From: Syncephalis fuscata S228
Taxonomy: Eukaryota > Fungi > Zoopagomycota
NCBI GenBank assembly: GCA_025786725.1
Contig: JAHLTZ010000068.1
Span: 1-63,378 of the forward strand
Length of the DNA: 63,378 nt
Direction of reading: 5' to 3'
Part shown: positions 27,801 to 41,686 of the stretch, piece after piece
How the letters are laid out: every line of letters begins with the position of its first letter
How positions within the stretch are numbered: the stretch's first letter is position 1
Made by a program: the position numbers and the translations under genes
The notes under the pieces: model-generated
Told to the model about the DNA's origin: nothing
Database searches by the model: none
The model's input: the letters and a program-made list of their open reading frames with translations, nothing else

Positions 27801-28000
27801 ATCAATTCACCTGCAGTATTTGACTACTGTAATCGGTGCTTGTTTTTACCCCTTTTAATTGTTATTTGTGATGCTATAACGATTGATGTGGATGCATGTT
27901 AGATTTGTTTAACCAAAGCAAATTGCCTATTTTATTCTAGCCTTTTACTAATACGACGTTATTACGTTAACTTGTTGCTTACTACTAGTTTTACCCTGTC

Positions 28001-30487
28001 ATGTCCAGCAGCCTATTGATTGCCAACCAAGCATCAGATTTCGCCGCTATTGGACATCCTTCGCCAGATAACTTTGATATTCTTTCCCCTTTTACCGAAA
28101 CCGATTGTGTTGCTGCTGCCGCTGCTGCTGTCGTCGCTGCTGCCGCCGTTCTCAATAACAACACCGTGAACAACACCCACAACACTATTATCAATCACAG
28201 CAACCTCGCGTCGCCCCCTGCTGACAACATCTTTGAATCTATTCACCATCCAGCTGCCGTTGACTTTCTACAAATGCCAGTTTATCCCGACGCCTTTACT
28301 CTACAGCAGAACATGATGTCGAGTGGCTATAGTGGCGCTGATAACACATCTACAACGACATCCAGCCCCGCCGGTCTATCGTCTATGTCCGCGCCTAATC
28401 CACTACTTGGTCTGGGCACAGCAGATGCTGCTGCCGCCGCCGCCGCCGCCGCTCGTTATGGCCATCAAACGACCTCGTATGCTAACGCAACTGGCTACCA
28501 AGCTACATCGGCCGGTTCACCACAGCATCCATTGACATTGCACCCACCCATTCAGCCTGGCTCAGCTGGCGGTATGTCGTATAACTTTGGTTCATCGGCT
28601 GCCGCTGCTGCTGCCGTTAATGCCATCACAGCAACGGCCGCTGGTCTTTCATCGACCATTGCCGCTGCTGGATCAAACTACTTCAACGGCTGGCCCCTTC
28701 ACTGGCCGGCTAATGGTGCCGGTGTCACTACTGCCACCGGTCCTATGAGCGGTGGTAATGGCGGCCATTTGATGGGTTTTATGCCAACGGCTTCACCTGG
28801 ATGGACCGCAACTGGCACACAGCGTCCACGTTTGACAACGACACTTTGGGAGGATGAAGGTACCATCTGCTATCAAGTCGATGCAGAGTCGGTATGCGTG
28901 GCCCGCCGTCAAGACAACAACATGGTCAACGGAACAAAGTTGCTTAACGTTGTTGGCATGACTCGTGGTAAACGTGATGGTATTTTGAAGAACGAAAAGC
29001 AACGCGTGGTCGTCAAAGTCGGTGCTATGCATCTCAAGGGCGTTTGGATTCCATTTGAGCGCGCTAAGGCTCTTGCTGAACAGCATGGCATTAGCGAAAA
29101 GTTATATCCACTATTTGCTGAAGATCCAAATCCACATCTATTGCAACATCCACCTACTGCAGCCACTAGCGCTACCGGTGTAGCAACACGCATGCGTGCT
29201 AACACTACTGGCAGCAGCCTTGGCCACGAATCAATGCAGGCTATGGCCGGTTACGATCTATCAATGCTAAATGGTGGTGGCTCGTTGCGTCGTCCTAATG
29301 GCCAAACTGCGTCATTCACGCATGGCTACTCGCAAAGTACCGGTACACTTTCGCCTGATGGTTTAACTGCGCTCGATACATCGCTAATGTACTCACGACC
29401 AACTGGATCAGCAATGGTAACAGGCATTGCCCGCCGCAATACGATCAGCTCATCGTACGGTTGCTATTCGGCCGATGCTGCCACTGCTGCTGATATGATG
29501 ACTACCACCGCCATTAACGGTGGCGTTACTACAGTTACTGGTGCTGGTGGCTCTCATGCCGCATGGAGTCCATTAACACCATCGATGGATGCTCGTCCCT
29601 ACTATGGTGATGCAACGACTGCTGCTGCTGCTGCCGCTGCTGCTGCCGTAGCAGCCAGTGGTGGCAATCCGTACACTAGCCCTGCTTCGATACACTATCG
29701 TGATCAGCAACCAAATTCGCCTTCAGCCATTGTCTACTCAAATAACAAGAAGCGTGGCAGCGACTATTTGACAGCAGGTAGCCAGTTCAGCAATGCACAC
29801 ACAGCCGGCATTGATGCTTCCGAGTTCTGCGGCTATGATGCCACAACAGCCGCCGCCGCTGCTGCTCTTCACATCTCACCGCGTATCGGCAATGCTACAC
29901 TTATGGGCACGCCAACGACCTATGGCACCTACTCCGGCATGCCTCTTTCTCCAGCTACATCGCCTTCATCGGCTACCTTTGACGGCCAGTCGATGGAACG
30001 TACCTACTCTGAAGTAGAGGATCGCCCAGCTCGTAAGCGTAGCCGGGTCAGTGTAACTGATGCATCCCAGCAGCCACCAACACCTACATCAAACAACGAC
30101 TCGATTGGCTCTGTTCGCAATCGTTCGCAATCGCACACGCTCAAGTCGCTAACGGCCTCGGGCATTGACACATCCATTGTCAACGATGACGGCTACGGCG
30201 AGAGCTTTGGTCTACCCGGACTCGACACAACTGGTCAGCGCACCATTGGCTTCTCCACTGGTGACTGCCCATCGCAGTCATCCGCGGCAGCTGGTGCACG
30301 CGATGGTCGTCGCGATACCAACAATGACTACCCATTGGCATCGCTATTCCAAAGTGGCAGCGGCAGCAACAACGCCGGCCACGGAACGACCTCACGTCAA
30401 GCTACGGCCGCCACTACTGGTGCATCGCTCCTTACGGAGGAAGCGGCCAACGTAGCTGCAGCCACCGCTGCCAACAGTGCCTGGTAA
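28001..30487 (+). CDS. stuA: APSES transcription factor, StuA/Sok2/Efg1/Phd1 subfamily
   Basis: [98 protein letters not shown] is the canonical StuA-type APSES domain. Single coding exon, 828 aa, with poly-Ala tracts. Confidence 0.95.
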   Translation: MSSSLLIANQASDFAAIGHPSPDNFDILSPFTETDCVAAAAAAVVAAAAVLNNNTVNNTHNTIINHSNLASPPADNIFESIHHPAAVDFLQMPVYPDAFTLQQNMMSSGYSGADNTSTTTSSPAGLSSMSAPNPLLGLGTADAAAAAAAAARYGHQTTSYANATGYQATSAGSPQHPLTLHPPIQPGSAGGMSYNFGSSAAAAAAVNAITATAAGLSSTIAAAGSNYFNGWPLHWPANGAGVTTATGPMSGGNGGHLMGFMPTASPGWTATGTQRPRLTTTLWEDEGTICYQVDAESVCVARRQDNNMVNGTKLLNVVGMTRGKRDGILKNEKQRVVVKVGAMHLKGVWIPFERAKALAEQHGISEKLYPLFAEDPNPHLLQHPPTAATSATGVATRMRANTTGSSLGHESMQAMAGYDLSMLNGGGSLRRPNGQTASFTHGYSQSTGTLSPDGLTALDTSLMYSRPTGSAMVTGIARRNTISSSYGCYSADAATAADMMTTTAINGGVTTVTGAGGSHAAWSPLTPSMDARPYYGDATTAAAAAAAAAVAASGGNPYTSPASIHYRDQQPNSPSAIVYSNNKKRGSDYLTAGSQFSNAHTAGIDASEFCGYDATTAAAAAALHISPRIGNATLMGTPTTYGTYSGMPLSPATSPSSATFDGQSMERTYSEVEDRPARKRSRVSVTDASQQPPTPTSNNDSIGSVRNRSQSHTLKSLTASGIDTSIVNDDGYGESFGLPGLDTTGQRTIGFSTGDCPSQSSAAAGARDGRRDTNNDYPLASLFQSGSGSNNAGHGTTSRQATAATTGASLLTEEAANVAAATAANSAW

Positions 30488-31289
30488 TGAATCGACTAGT
30501 AATCAAGTATAGCCTTTAGCTGTTTACTTTCTCTTTTCTTATTCCCGCCATCATGGGATGTGTACGAGTTTTTAGTATATATATATCCTATATATATAGA
30601 CCTTTTCTCTTTTTAGCCTAGGATTTGGTTTTTGTTGTTTCAATATGCGTTATTGGTGCAATTCGCGCGTTGGTGATTCTTTTTTATTCTTCTTTCATGT
30701 GCTGCTGTCTTGCTGGCACATGACATATGCTCCACTTGGTTTATTTGTTCTCTCTAACATTTCACTCTTTATTACCAAACAGCTTTATATTCTTGTTATT
30801 AGCTGACTTGCGTATAAAGATATTCATTTGATTCTTTCCTTTTCTTTCTCTCACTCTCACTCTAGTCGATTAGAGCGATGTTACGCATAGCGTAAACAAT
30901 ACTACAAGCATTCCAAGTACTATTTCATTCTTTTCGTATATTGTCATTACAATTGTTTCACTCTATCTTTCCTTTTCTCGAATATCTATTTCGCCGTCCC
31001 TTTCTCTCTCCCTACTGCCGCTTAAGCAAAAAATACTTGTTATGATGTATTCATAACCTTTGGTGTAGTGGCCATTAACAAAAATGAATTGTAAGCAAAG
31101 AAACGATAATACGATGTCGTTCTCGCGCGCTTCTCTTTCTAACTTATATAACTGTCTATTACAATGTTTAAATGTTTTATAACTACCCAATGATATACTG
31201 TAATCAAAGATAAATATTGTTTATTATTGTTTAATAAACTTAAGGTATGCTGTAATAATTAAATAAGATGGTTTTTTGTAAACATTAAA

Positions 31290-32120
31290 CTATTTATTAT
31301 CATTTGGGGTCAAATGACTATTTTTTAGTAAGATTTGCGCAATTGAACTACACACTCAATCTATTGAACATGATGGTGGGTGGTGAGTGACATCAATCAT
31401 CAAATACTCATCGTAGATTCGTTATCCAGTACGCATATATCCAGTATGCGCGTGTATGCTCTATTCACCTGTATAGTTAACAATGTACGTCTATACTATT
31501 ATATATTATTTTATTTTATACTGAATGCATTATATTGCTATAGGTTTCAATTACATATAGCTTGCTAAATGAATAAGGTCAATAAGTCAGATTTATTAAT
31601 AATAGTTTTAAAACCAAAAAAAAACTACAATAGCTAGCATGTATTTACTAGATAATAAAATGATATGCAATATGAACAATATACAATATTAAGCGACGAT
31701 TAGCAGTGCTGAAGCTAAAGAGCATATATACATGATCAATGAGCGGAATTAGTCGACATTTATTAATAATAGTGCTAGGACAAAAATAAAAATAGTCTTG
31801 AATAGAGAAAGACTACGAGAGTATAGAATGATATATAAAATGATGAATATACAATGAGAAAGCATATAAAGCTATGGTAAAGTTACAGCGTGTATAAACA
31901 GTAATAAACTAAGTATATTGCCGCATATAAACAATAGAATGTGTCTAATATAACATAGAATGATATAAGTAAATGGTGGATATATGCATATTGAATAATA
32001 AATCTACAATAATGAGTGTTTGATGATTGATGTCACTCACCACCCATCATCATGTTCAATAGGTTGGATGTTATTAAATATTAGTCATTTAACCACCAAA
32101 TTACATTAAATAGTTTAATA
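31290..32120. mobile_element. Inverted-repeat element (~0.83 kb), same family
   Basis: Left arm TTTGGGGTCAAATGACTA...CTATTGAACATGATGGTGGGTGGTGAGTGACATCAATCATCAAATACTCAT. Right arm is the reverse complement (ATGAGTGTTTGATGATTGATGTCACTCACCACCCATCATCATGTTCAATAGG...TAGTCATTTAACCACCAAA). No coding capacity. Confidence 0.75.
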
Positions 32121-34029
32121 AATTGTTAAGTACCAGTGTATTGAAGTAATACAAATAAGTCATTGATGTTATTGTTAAAATGAGTAGTGTGGCTGTAGTT
32201 GTATCAAATGTAACCAATTATGACATATTATTATTTGTAAAAAAGAAAGCTGCTTTTATTTAATTGATGAGAAATAGTATATATAAATATTATAATACAA
32301 ATCAAATAGCTAAATGACTTATTAAGGCTGTATCCTTATTGGGCATAATTGTTTCTCGAGTATATACCTACTTGGATTTATATTAGTAAAACTATACGTG
32401 CGAATTAACTATGGCAATGATGCTTGTTGCATAATTGCATTAAATAAAGAATTTGGAACAGTTATCATGCATAATTATAAAGCAGCAATTGTTGAGTAAT
32501 ATTAGTCGTAAAATATTGCTAACGAATAACGTCTTCATAATTATGCAGAGTTGACTGTTATCGCTGCTACTCTCATAACTGTATTACCATAGAAGCAAAT
32601 GTTTACGCTTTTGATAAACAATCCTTAACACTCCTATACAGCATGACAGCATCAGCGGCTGTCTAAACAACATAAAATTTGCGCCACCAAAATATTAAAT
32701 ACCAAAACCAAAAATTAGCGTTAAGCTGCAGCCTAAGCAATATCTTCGAACACAAACCTATGTTGTCTCAACAACCAAAGAAATTATACTAATGTAACCA
32801 TCACAAGCAAGCACATAGTAAACACCCATATTCACTAAACAGTATAGCCAATTAGCCATGTGATATTGAAACACCTTATGTAGCATATTGGAATTATGCC
32901 ACAATATTATATAGTTTTAGCCGACTATACGTCTAGGATGCCGTCAATCCACATAGCCAAAAGGCACAACAGCATTGCACCACACATATTCGTTTACTTA
33001 ACTTAGGTATGTAAACAATAATTAGCAGCGGTCTTGTGATTATTAAAGTCTAATAAGTGGAAAGTGTATTGAGCAATAGATAATGGCAAGAGAAGATAAA
33101 AACGTAATGCTTGGTTCGGGGATAAGTAGTAAAGTCAGCTTATGTGGGGAAACTGAAACTGGTGGGAGGCATTCGTGTTACACAGTTCAGCTGATTAAGC
33201 GTAGTGGATGGATACTGATATTTACGCATAGCAGTGGCAAAATCTAATTTATTTATGCTGTTTATAACTAACTGTACAAATAATATGATAATGCGCATAA
33301 GCTATATATCTATTTCTATATTTTCATAGTAATAAAATAAAATAAAATATTGCTTAACGGCAATTATAAAAGTACGTAATTGATAAAAACTCAGTCTAGC
33401 ACAAAATGAAACACTAATGGCCAAATTGGGCAGTTTCACTAGTATACCTGTGGTCGGTTAATAAAAGTTAAGCAATGTAGCTTCCAAATAGAAGCAAAGC
33501 CATTACTATGCCTAAAACAGCATTTTTGCGCTTTGTGGCAAAGCATTATGATTAGGATACATGTCGTTACATAGTTCCTTTGTTAATCTTTATTGGACAA
33601 GTCAAATATTTAAGTATCAAAAGCTTAAATCACATTAATATTCTAATAGTATATGCATAAAATAACATTGGCATTAAGTATTACACTAACTATTAAATAA
33701 TGCTCTGATAATAATCTATATTGTTTATTAGGCATCAAATAAGTCTTTCGTTTACAGCTATTTGTAGTAACAAATGCTAACACTACTTTTGGCTGGAGAA
33801 TGTGCTGGTAATGGGCGTTTGGGATAGTGCAAGAGCTGTGCTTACGGATTTTGGTGTAGCATAAACGACGTTATTTATGAAAAGATAAATATTGGTTTTA
33901 ATACACACATTTAGATATTAATAAACGGTTAGATGATAAAGATATTAGTGATTTATTTAGTTAATTGTCTTGTTTATTCATATTATTGTCATTACATTGG
34001 TATTTAATAATTTACTAACAATTATGAAC

Positions 34030-34170
34030 AAATTTACTGTGCTTTGGTGGCTAAATGACTAACATCTAATAACATCCAATCTATTGAACATGATGATGGG
34101 CGATAAATGACATCAGTCATCAAATATTCATTATTGTAGCTTTATTGTACAATATGCATATATACTCTAT
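34030..34170. repeat. Solo arm of the inverted-repeat family
   Basis: TTTGGTGGCTAAATGACTAAC...CTATTGAACATGATGATGGGCGATAAATGACATCAGTCATCAAATATTCATTATTGTAGC. Confidence 0.7.
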
Positions 34171-34818
34171 TATTTGTTTATCTGCTATGATTTATTTTAT
34201 TTGGTTCAACTAACTTCAATATACGCTCTATATTACAACAATACATTTTAGCACCAGCTTTTTAAAAAAAATAACATTATAAAAGCACATCTCAATTTCA
34301 GCACAGTTTTAGGATTTTATGTTTAATGCGTAGTATGAAAGTAGTAACGCGTATAGTTATTTATGTATGTACAGCTGGCCATACGTATACACAACAACTG
34401 AATCACAAGTCGACCAACAAACAATGGTTAGTATTTGCTACGCGTTAATATACCGCTATATAGAGTATAAATAGCTGTGTATTATTTGTAACATGCTATT
34501 TAACAGTGATGTACCATTGCTTATTATCAGACAGTCCAGACAACAGCAATAAAGTATAACGCATTTATCAGCTACTACTAATTACATCATGCCAAATAGC
34601 TGAGTATGCTAAAATTTATATTAGCTTATTTTATAACATGCAATACACAGCTGGTGAATAGCAATAGCAATATATATATATATATATTCTGCAGGCCATG
34701 CCATCTCATTATATATATCAGTCACTTTATTTGCTAAACTATATATGTATCATTAAACGATAAAATAAACTAGTCAAATAATAAATAATAAATTGGATAG
34801 TTTATTTTATTAATAAAG

Positions 34819-37800
34819 TTAATTAGCAAGCTGTAGTAAGCAGTTTGCCATTTTTAGTGCTTTTTGTGCATCAAGATGTTTATTTAACCGCTGCTGTTCA
34901 TTATAGCGTTCATCCATACTTGTATATCCGCTGATATTATTGACATATTCATCTTGTTCTTTAGCCAAAAGCGGTGATGTTGTACCGGTGGCGGTTGGGC
35001 CATATAAAGTAACGGCCATTTCTAAAGCAAGCTTGATTTCCATGGGCTGTGATGAATTGTTAAAAGACTGCTGTAATCTGGGAGTGACAAGAGATAAAAG
35101 ACGTGTGGCCAAATCAACACGTTCAGTTAATAAAGGTGGTATATAATAAGAACTGATAGCTGAATTGATATCATCATCATCATTGTTTGATTCTATATGA
35201 AATAAACCGCCACCAACAGAAAACAAATCTTTAAAGTACTTCAAATTTAAATGATCGATTGAAGGCGGATACGGCAGTAGTTTGGCAAGTAAAGCTTCTT
35301 CATCTACTTCATTCGCTTGTATATTTGTTTTTCGATACTGATCAAGTAGTTGTCGTCGAGTGTAGTTGTAACAAACATCGTCGGCTATTTGTGTTTCTAT
35401 AACCAAAGCAGCAAGCTGGACACCAGGTGTCACGCCATTATATTCATATAGCCGGAAATTGCGCGTTATTGCTCGTGCTAGCACTGCTTGTAAACTTTTT
35501 CTATTTGATTCATTAATAGCTTGTATTAAACGGTTATCACAGCTATTTAAATAACTACCAATATCATGATCCACCTTATTATCATGAGATGATATATCAA
35601 TAAAATCAGCACCTTGAATGGCCGCTATAGCAATTTGTCGCATCCAATGCAAATGCTGTGCAGTTACTCTGCCGCCTATATCATCTATTGTTGAATTTAA
35701 TGTAGCCGGCATATTCACTTGTCGCCATGATACACGCTGGCGTGAATTGCCAACTACATTTAATGGTAATAGAGCATATAAAGATCGTTGAACAATCGCC
35801 TTAAACATGCTTGCTGGCGGTGCCGGTTTACGAGGTACTACCCAGCGTTCACCTGGACTTAGTTTAGCCTTAAGTGCTGCTTCTTCTTCAGCCGTTAATG
35901 GTGCAGTTCATCAATAGCCCGGCCACCTCGTGCCAACAATGCCACAATTGACTGTGCGTTAATCATCATGCTACATTGAGGTGTAGCGCGTATTTCCGCC
36001 AGTGCCTCACATACAGCTGGCATATCGCCCATATCGGCCATAAGCGATAAATAAGCCCGTAATGTTGCTTCACGGAATGGACTGGTTTTCTGTCGTCGTC
36101 GGTTAAATATACGCTGTGCTAATTGCGCCAACAACCGGTCTTTACGCGCATAACGACAAGCGGCTTCAAGTATAACGTCATAACTTGGCTCAAATAAATC
36201 ATTAGTCATATATTCATTTTCTTGAGTTGTCTCTTGATGGATTTTGCTGCTGTTCTTGTTGCGACGATAGTTGTTAATTTGATGCTTTTGTAGTGTATTA
36301 TTACCATCCAGTACTTTGAAATAACCAACAGGTGCATCACGTCTAACACGTTTAAGAAATTGGACAGCATAATCGACACGGCCCCAATCGCAAATGGCCC
36401 GCGTCACATTGGTTAGACTATCACGCGATGGAACAATATCATCCATACGCATACGACACACGATTATCCATACAGCTGGGCCAAGATCGCCACGACGAGC
36501 CAGCATTTCCGCAATACGTCGATGAACCAGATCAGGCTGACGTGTACGAAACAAGTGCTGCATCTTTTCACTCGCTTGAATGCACATCAGTGCTGCCACA
36601 ATGTCACCAGAACGCGCGAACGCCCCAGCCAATTCGGCATACGAAACTTGCGTAGGTGATTGTAAACGACGACGCATGCGATTCGCTACAATACTACGCC
36701 GCTCATACGGATCTAATTGACTTTCAAATAGATTTGTAATAACCGACGATGGATGGGCAATGGCTGATGGACGTGTAGCTAGTCGTGCCGCTTGAGCTAC
36801 TGTTGAAAATGGCCCTTCAGCAAGAAATTCACTCATACCGGCTAGTAAATCAGATTTATTCTTTGGAATATCCGGTAACGATGCTGATGGCAATGGTGGT
36901 GGCGATGATGGCACAGGTAACTTATGACCACCCAAATCCATCCATTCAAACACATTTAATGCAGCTTGTGGATCACCACGTTCAGCCGCAGCCTTAATAA
37001 GCAGATTAAGCAGCGTTCTATGTAGTGACATACGTACTTCAGTCGGCGTCGATAAAAAAAGGGTCATGGCTTGTTCAAGATTGCACTCGGCCATTAGTCG
37101 ATACCATTCCGGCTGTACTGGTTCTGGTTTTATAGACTCGGTCGTACTGCTTATACCAATAGCATGGATTTGATTCGGCCGTTCCAAAGCTTCCAGTTGA
37201 TGCTGTACCTCAATCTCACGCTCAGCAAGTGCTCTTAGCATTGTACGGATTATCGATCGATTAGGCGACCACCCAGCCCGTGTTAAATCCCAATAAACTT
37301 CACTAAGCAACGAACAACTGGTGTACTATGATCGTGCAGCTCAGTAATTGCATCCATAACAATATTATACGTAAGCTGATTGCATAGTGGAAATAATGGA
37401 TGGCGTCGTGCCTGCTCCACCAATTCAGGCAGTATTTGAAGTTTGGTGGGTGGTTTAGGCAGTGGCAATGTTAATTGAATCGTCTTCATACGTTTATAAT
37501 GTCCAAGTACATCGGCTAATCGACCATGTATTTTCAGATTTGTTAAATAAATATTGTGTACTTTTGTTGGCACACTTCGTATTAACGCTGTTGATTGTTG
37601 ATTTATCGCTAACTCTTGTAAGTATTCACGTTCTTTATCCGTTAATTGTTCCCGCTGTTGTATAATAGTACTTGTATCCGTATTATCATTAAACGATACA
37701 TCGTCGTCTGCTTGTACTTTTTCTTTACTATACTTATCCTTAAATGTTGTTGCGATACTATTTGTTGTTGTTGTTGTTGTTAGATAACGCGACAAACTTT

Positions 37801-37936
37801 TGTATTGATAATTAAAAGAGTGCTCATTAGTATAAGCTACTAATGGCTGCCGTATAGATCTCACAACATAATATGAGCTTAGATAGTACTTTGTAGTCAA
37901 AGAAGATAGACTACGCCGTAAATGAAGAATCGACAT
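34819..37936 (-). CDS. Pentatricopeptide-repeat (PPR) protein, probably mitochondrial; one gene split by two apparent 1-nt deletions
   Basis: Basic, Ser-rich N-terminus. PPR-like units: LTYNIVMDAI, LLNLLIKAAAERGDPQAALNVFEWM, VSYAELAGAFARSGDIVAA, TLRAYLSLMADMGDMPAVCEAL. ORFs 37283-37936, 35895-37310 and 34819-35808 join with +1 nt near 37312 and 35905. Confidence 0.75.
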
Positions 37937-38443
37937 TATCGTACAAAGATCTATAGCTATAACCGTAATGAATAGATTTGTTCACTTGAATTTGTATATT
38001 AAAAGTCATATCACCAGCTTATGTTTAGTTTATATCAAGTTTATTTAATAATAGACCACTGTTTTATCAGTTATTAATGCAGAACAGTGATTATTATTAG
38101 ATGGATTCACTTGAAACATAGTTACCCGTTTGACTGCCGTTCTACTAACAACAACAACTACCACCACAACAACAGCAATACACCTCGAAACTGTCTAACC
38201 ACCAAACGACTATTAAGTCTAAGGATCTGCCATCACTTTTACCTCTTTTTTCTACCATTTCTTGGCTATTCAATATTTGGTTTTTCTTAAATACGAGGTA
38301 ATCTCTTTCACTTGCTATTCCTTTTTAGTAACTATTCCCACTCAACTTTACTGTGCCTAGTTTTATTTGGCAGTAAACAGCACTCCCCCTTCTCTTTATA
38401 CCTTCTCACTTATTACCACTTCCTAGTATTACTACCATAAACT

Positions 38444-38904
38444 ATGCATTTGACAGCTATCTACTCTGGCCTACTTGTTGTGGCTTGTGCTTTATTTGTG
38501 ACAGCTGATGCGCAGCTCTATGATTCAGGTGCTATACAGCAAGTATTGACGGGTAAGTAGGCAACGACTCATCTAGCGCTTCTTTAATAACCGGCATTTC
38601 ATTTGCTTTTTTGTAATATTTAGATAAGGCAGCAGCAGTAAAGGAGCAGGTGGAGCAGAGTGACCAAGGCCGCAAATACATCATTATGTTTAAGCAGGCT
38701 GAGGTTACTGCGCAAAACTATGACGCTGCCCTTAAGTCTTTAAATGACGAAGGAGTCAAGGTTGAGGACCGTCTGCCTATCATTAACGGTGCCGTTGTCC
38801 GTATGACAGACGCAGTGAAGCAAATGGCGGCCAAGAATGATCAAATCGATTCTATTGAGGAAGATAAAGAAGTCCGTATTCCAGAGACTGGTTCTATCTA
38901 CTAA
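38444..38904 (+). CDS. Secreted stand-alone peptidase inhibitor I9 (subtilisin propeptide-like)
   Basis: Exon 1 MHLTAIYSGLLVVACALFVTADAQ (signal peptide), one GTAAGT..TAG intron, then KYIIMFK...INGAVVRM...IDSIEEDKEVRI, typical of I9. Confidence 0.8.
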
Positions 38905-39262
38905 ATGATAGATACTCTTTAGTACATTCATATCGTTAGCCTACTTTATGCTTATGTAGTTGTTGCTGTGTAATCCGATTTATATTAAATAAGTGAATAA
39001 TCATCCATATGCGTCTTTTAATAAGTGTTGTTGCATTGTTTCTACACTATATGCATACAGACATTTCTGCAATATATGCATATAGATATTTCTACAATAT
39101 ATGCGTACAAGCATTTCTACTAAAAGAGATATTGACGCGAAGAAAATACGCCGTCTTTTTCGCCTTTCTCGTGTCGAGTTCTTTTTTATCTTTTTATTAT
39201 TATTTTCTTCAAAAAGACATTAGTGTGATTACATACACCTATTTACGGCTTAGTCAACGGCA

Positions 39263-41210
39263 ATGACACTGCTAGACGATCCAATGGAAGTTGAAAGTAC
39301 AGTTGAAACAACGGCACTAAGTCTGCTTGAGACGTGGGTTATTGAAGAACAAAGATTGGTATGTTGTGGCTATATTAAATATTAGGATCAGTATTTACGT
39401 GTTATTTACTATATACTATGGCAGGTAACATTTAATATGTTGGCCACGCAACTATCTTTAGATGTCAATACGGCTAAATCGTAAGTCTTTATTGGTCATT
39501 GCTGCATAGACGAGTTAATTGGTAACTGGTCATTGTAGTCTACTATACACATTTGTTCAATCGGAAAAGAAGCGACATGAAACAATGAATACAGTTGATG
39601 CCGCTGATCGCGTATCAGTTGAATGTATTTATTGTATAAGTGGTCAAATGTCTACTAACAACAAAAATGCACTGGCTGGTCATCAATGGCAACAAGTATT
39701 TAAATTAGTGCCAGATCAGCAATTACAAGGTAAAATGATTAATTAAAAGTATACATTGCTTATAAATCATACTAATAACAAGAATGTTTTATCATTTATT
39801 AATATAGATGTACAATCACAGTTCAATAAAGTAACGGGCATTCATGTATACGCTGTGACACCGGGTCTAGTAAAAGATGCAAATACTATTGCTGCATCGA
39901 TGGTTCAGTATAATGTTAATATGCCAATGAACAACACAGCACCCATGTAAGTAGTGTAGCACTCTGACTATTAATGATCTAATTAGAAAGAATAGACTGC
40001 CATTCGTACAGAAAACACAAAAGATCACTATGGCTGTACATGAACGACGTGCGCCTACCGGTCAAGTATCTATGAAACCTGAATCTGAACGTAAATTACC
40101 TACCATGACCACTGTCACACGGACACCATCAAGGTTAGCATGATAGTAGAAAGAAAAGAAAGTAGAATTAAAGACCAATATGGTATGTTATAGTCAAACG
40201 CGTCCTACAACGGCAGCACCAACCAACAATACGGCAACTAAACTAGCAACGACAGCTAAATCACGCGATGCGAGTTTATTCTTTGCTGGTCATTTAAATC
40301 GACCAGCTTCTAAATCTACAATTGATACTAAACCATTATCAACTACTAGTTTAATGGCAGCGGCATCTAAAAATAAGAATAATAAATTAAATAAGCCCAC
40401 TAATAGTAATACGAGTCAGAAAGTAAGTTATAAGTACAATTTATTATAATATATTTAATACCGTTATTGTTATTTTATTAATAGTCGCGTAAAAGACGTG
40501 TTGTGATGAAGATTCAGATGAAGGTAGGTTAATTGCTATTATTGGTAATCATCTGCTTATATGTCTATTAGATGAGTTTGTTGCACCTGTGGAAGATAAA
40601 CCAGAAGAAGGTGTTGCTTTGGATAGCTTATTTGATACTGAAATGGCCGATATCCAACCTACACCTGACACTGCTACCATTGATAACCATGAGAATGAGA
40701 ATGAAAATGAGGATGAAAACGACATTACTAATGACACCACTAGCAATGACAATAGTAATGACGCCATTAGTAATCATAGTAATAACAGTCAGACTATTAA
40801 TAATATCGTCAATAATCCATCAAAACTTGATTCAACGGCAAATACAGCACTCAATACTGTCAAAGTCAAGGATGAAAAGCGAAAACGTGGTCGAAGACGT
40901 GTTACGCAACGTAAAACGTTTAAAAATGAACGTGGCTATATGGGTAATTAACTAATAGCTATTTTATTGCAATTTACTTAGTTCTAAATGGCCTGTTTCC
41001 TTTATTCTATTATATAGTTACTGAAGAAGTAGAAGCATGGGAGTCGTACTCGGAAGACGAGTCCGAAAGTACTCTAATGTCTTTGTCATCCGCCACACCT
41101 AAGCAGTCGCGACGTATTGAACCATCTAAAAAGATACTGGATGCTACAACAAAGAATGCACCACCTATCAGTGGTAATCAACGTAGTCTATTAAGCTTCT
41201 TTAAAAATAA
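39263..41210 (+). CDS. POL32: DNA polymerase delta subunit 3 (Pol32/Cdc27), multi-exon
   Basis: N-terminal EEQRLVTFNMLATQLSLDVNTAKSLLYTF and IHVYAV. C-terminal KRGRRRVTQRKTFKNERGYMVTEEVEAWESYSEDE and PIP box QRSLLSFF. The stop is probably displaced by a 1-nt deletion in an A run near 41205. Confidence 0.85.
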
Positions 41211-41686
41211 TTTACTTTTATATAAAGATTGTTTATTATTCTGTAATTGTGTATTAGTTGGTTGTACATTAACTCCATGATTATTGGTCATTGTCACGGA
41301 TCCAATCATTATTAAGGTGACGTATGTTTGCGTATTTCCCCAATCTATTGATTATCCACACACACACACACACTGCTTCATGCTTATAACCAGTTACTAA
41401 TCCACCTATACACACACAAATAGCTGGATGGGTGGGTGGCCACACACACACACACGATTCATACATACGTATGTACGTACCCACATCGACGCACTTGGCC
41501 GCATACATAGGCGCACGTATTCATTCAAAACGCACTCAATAGCACTCTCCACAGATAACAGCACCTACACGTAACCAGCTACTCTTACTCCACTCCTCTT
41601 TGTCCTTATTTAAACGCTTACTCATTCACTTCTTACTCAGTCTATTCTTTTCTTCTTGTTTTACTTTTTTACTTTATACCAAGACA

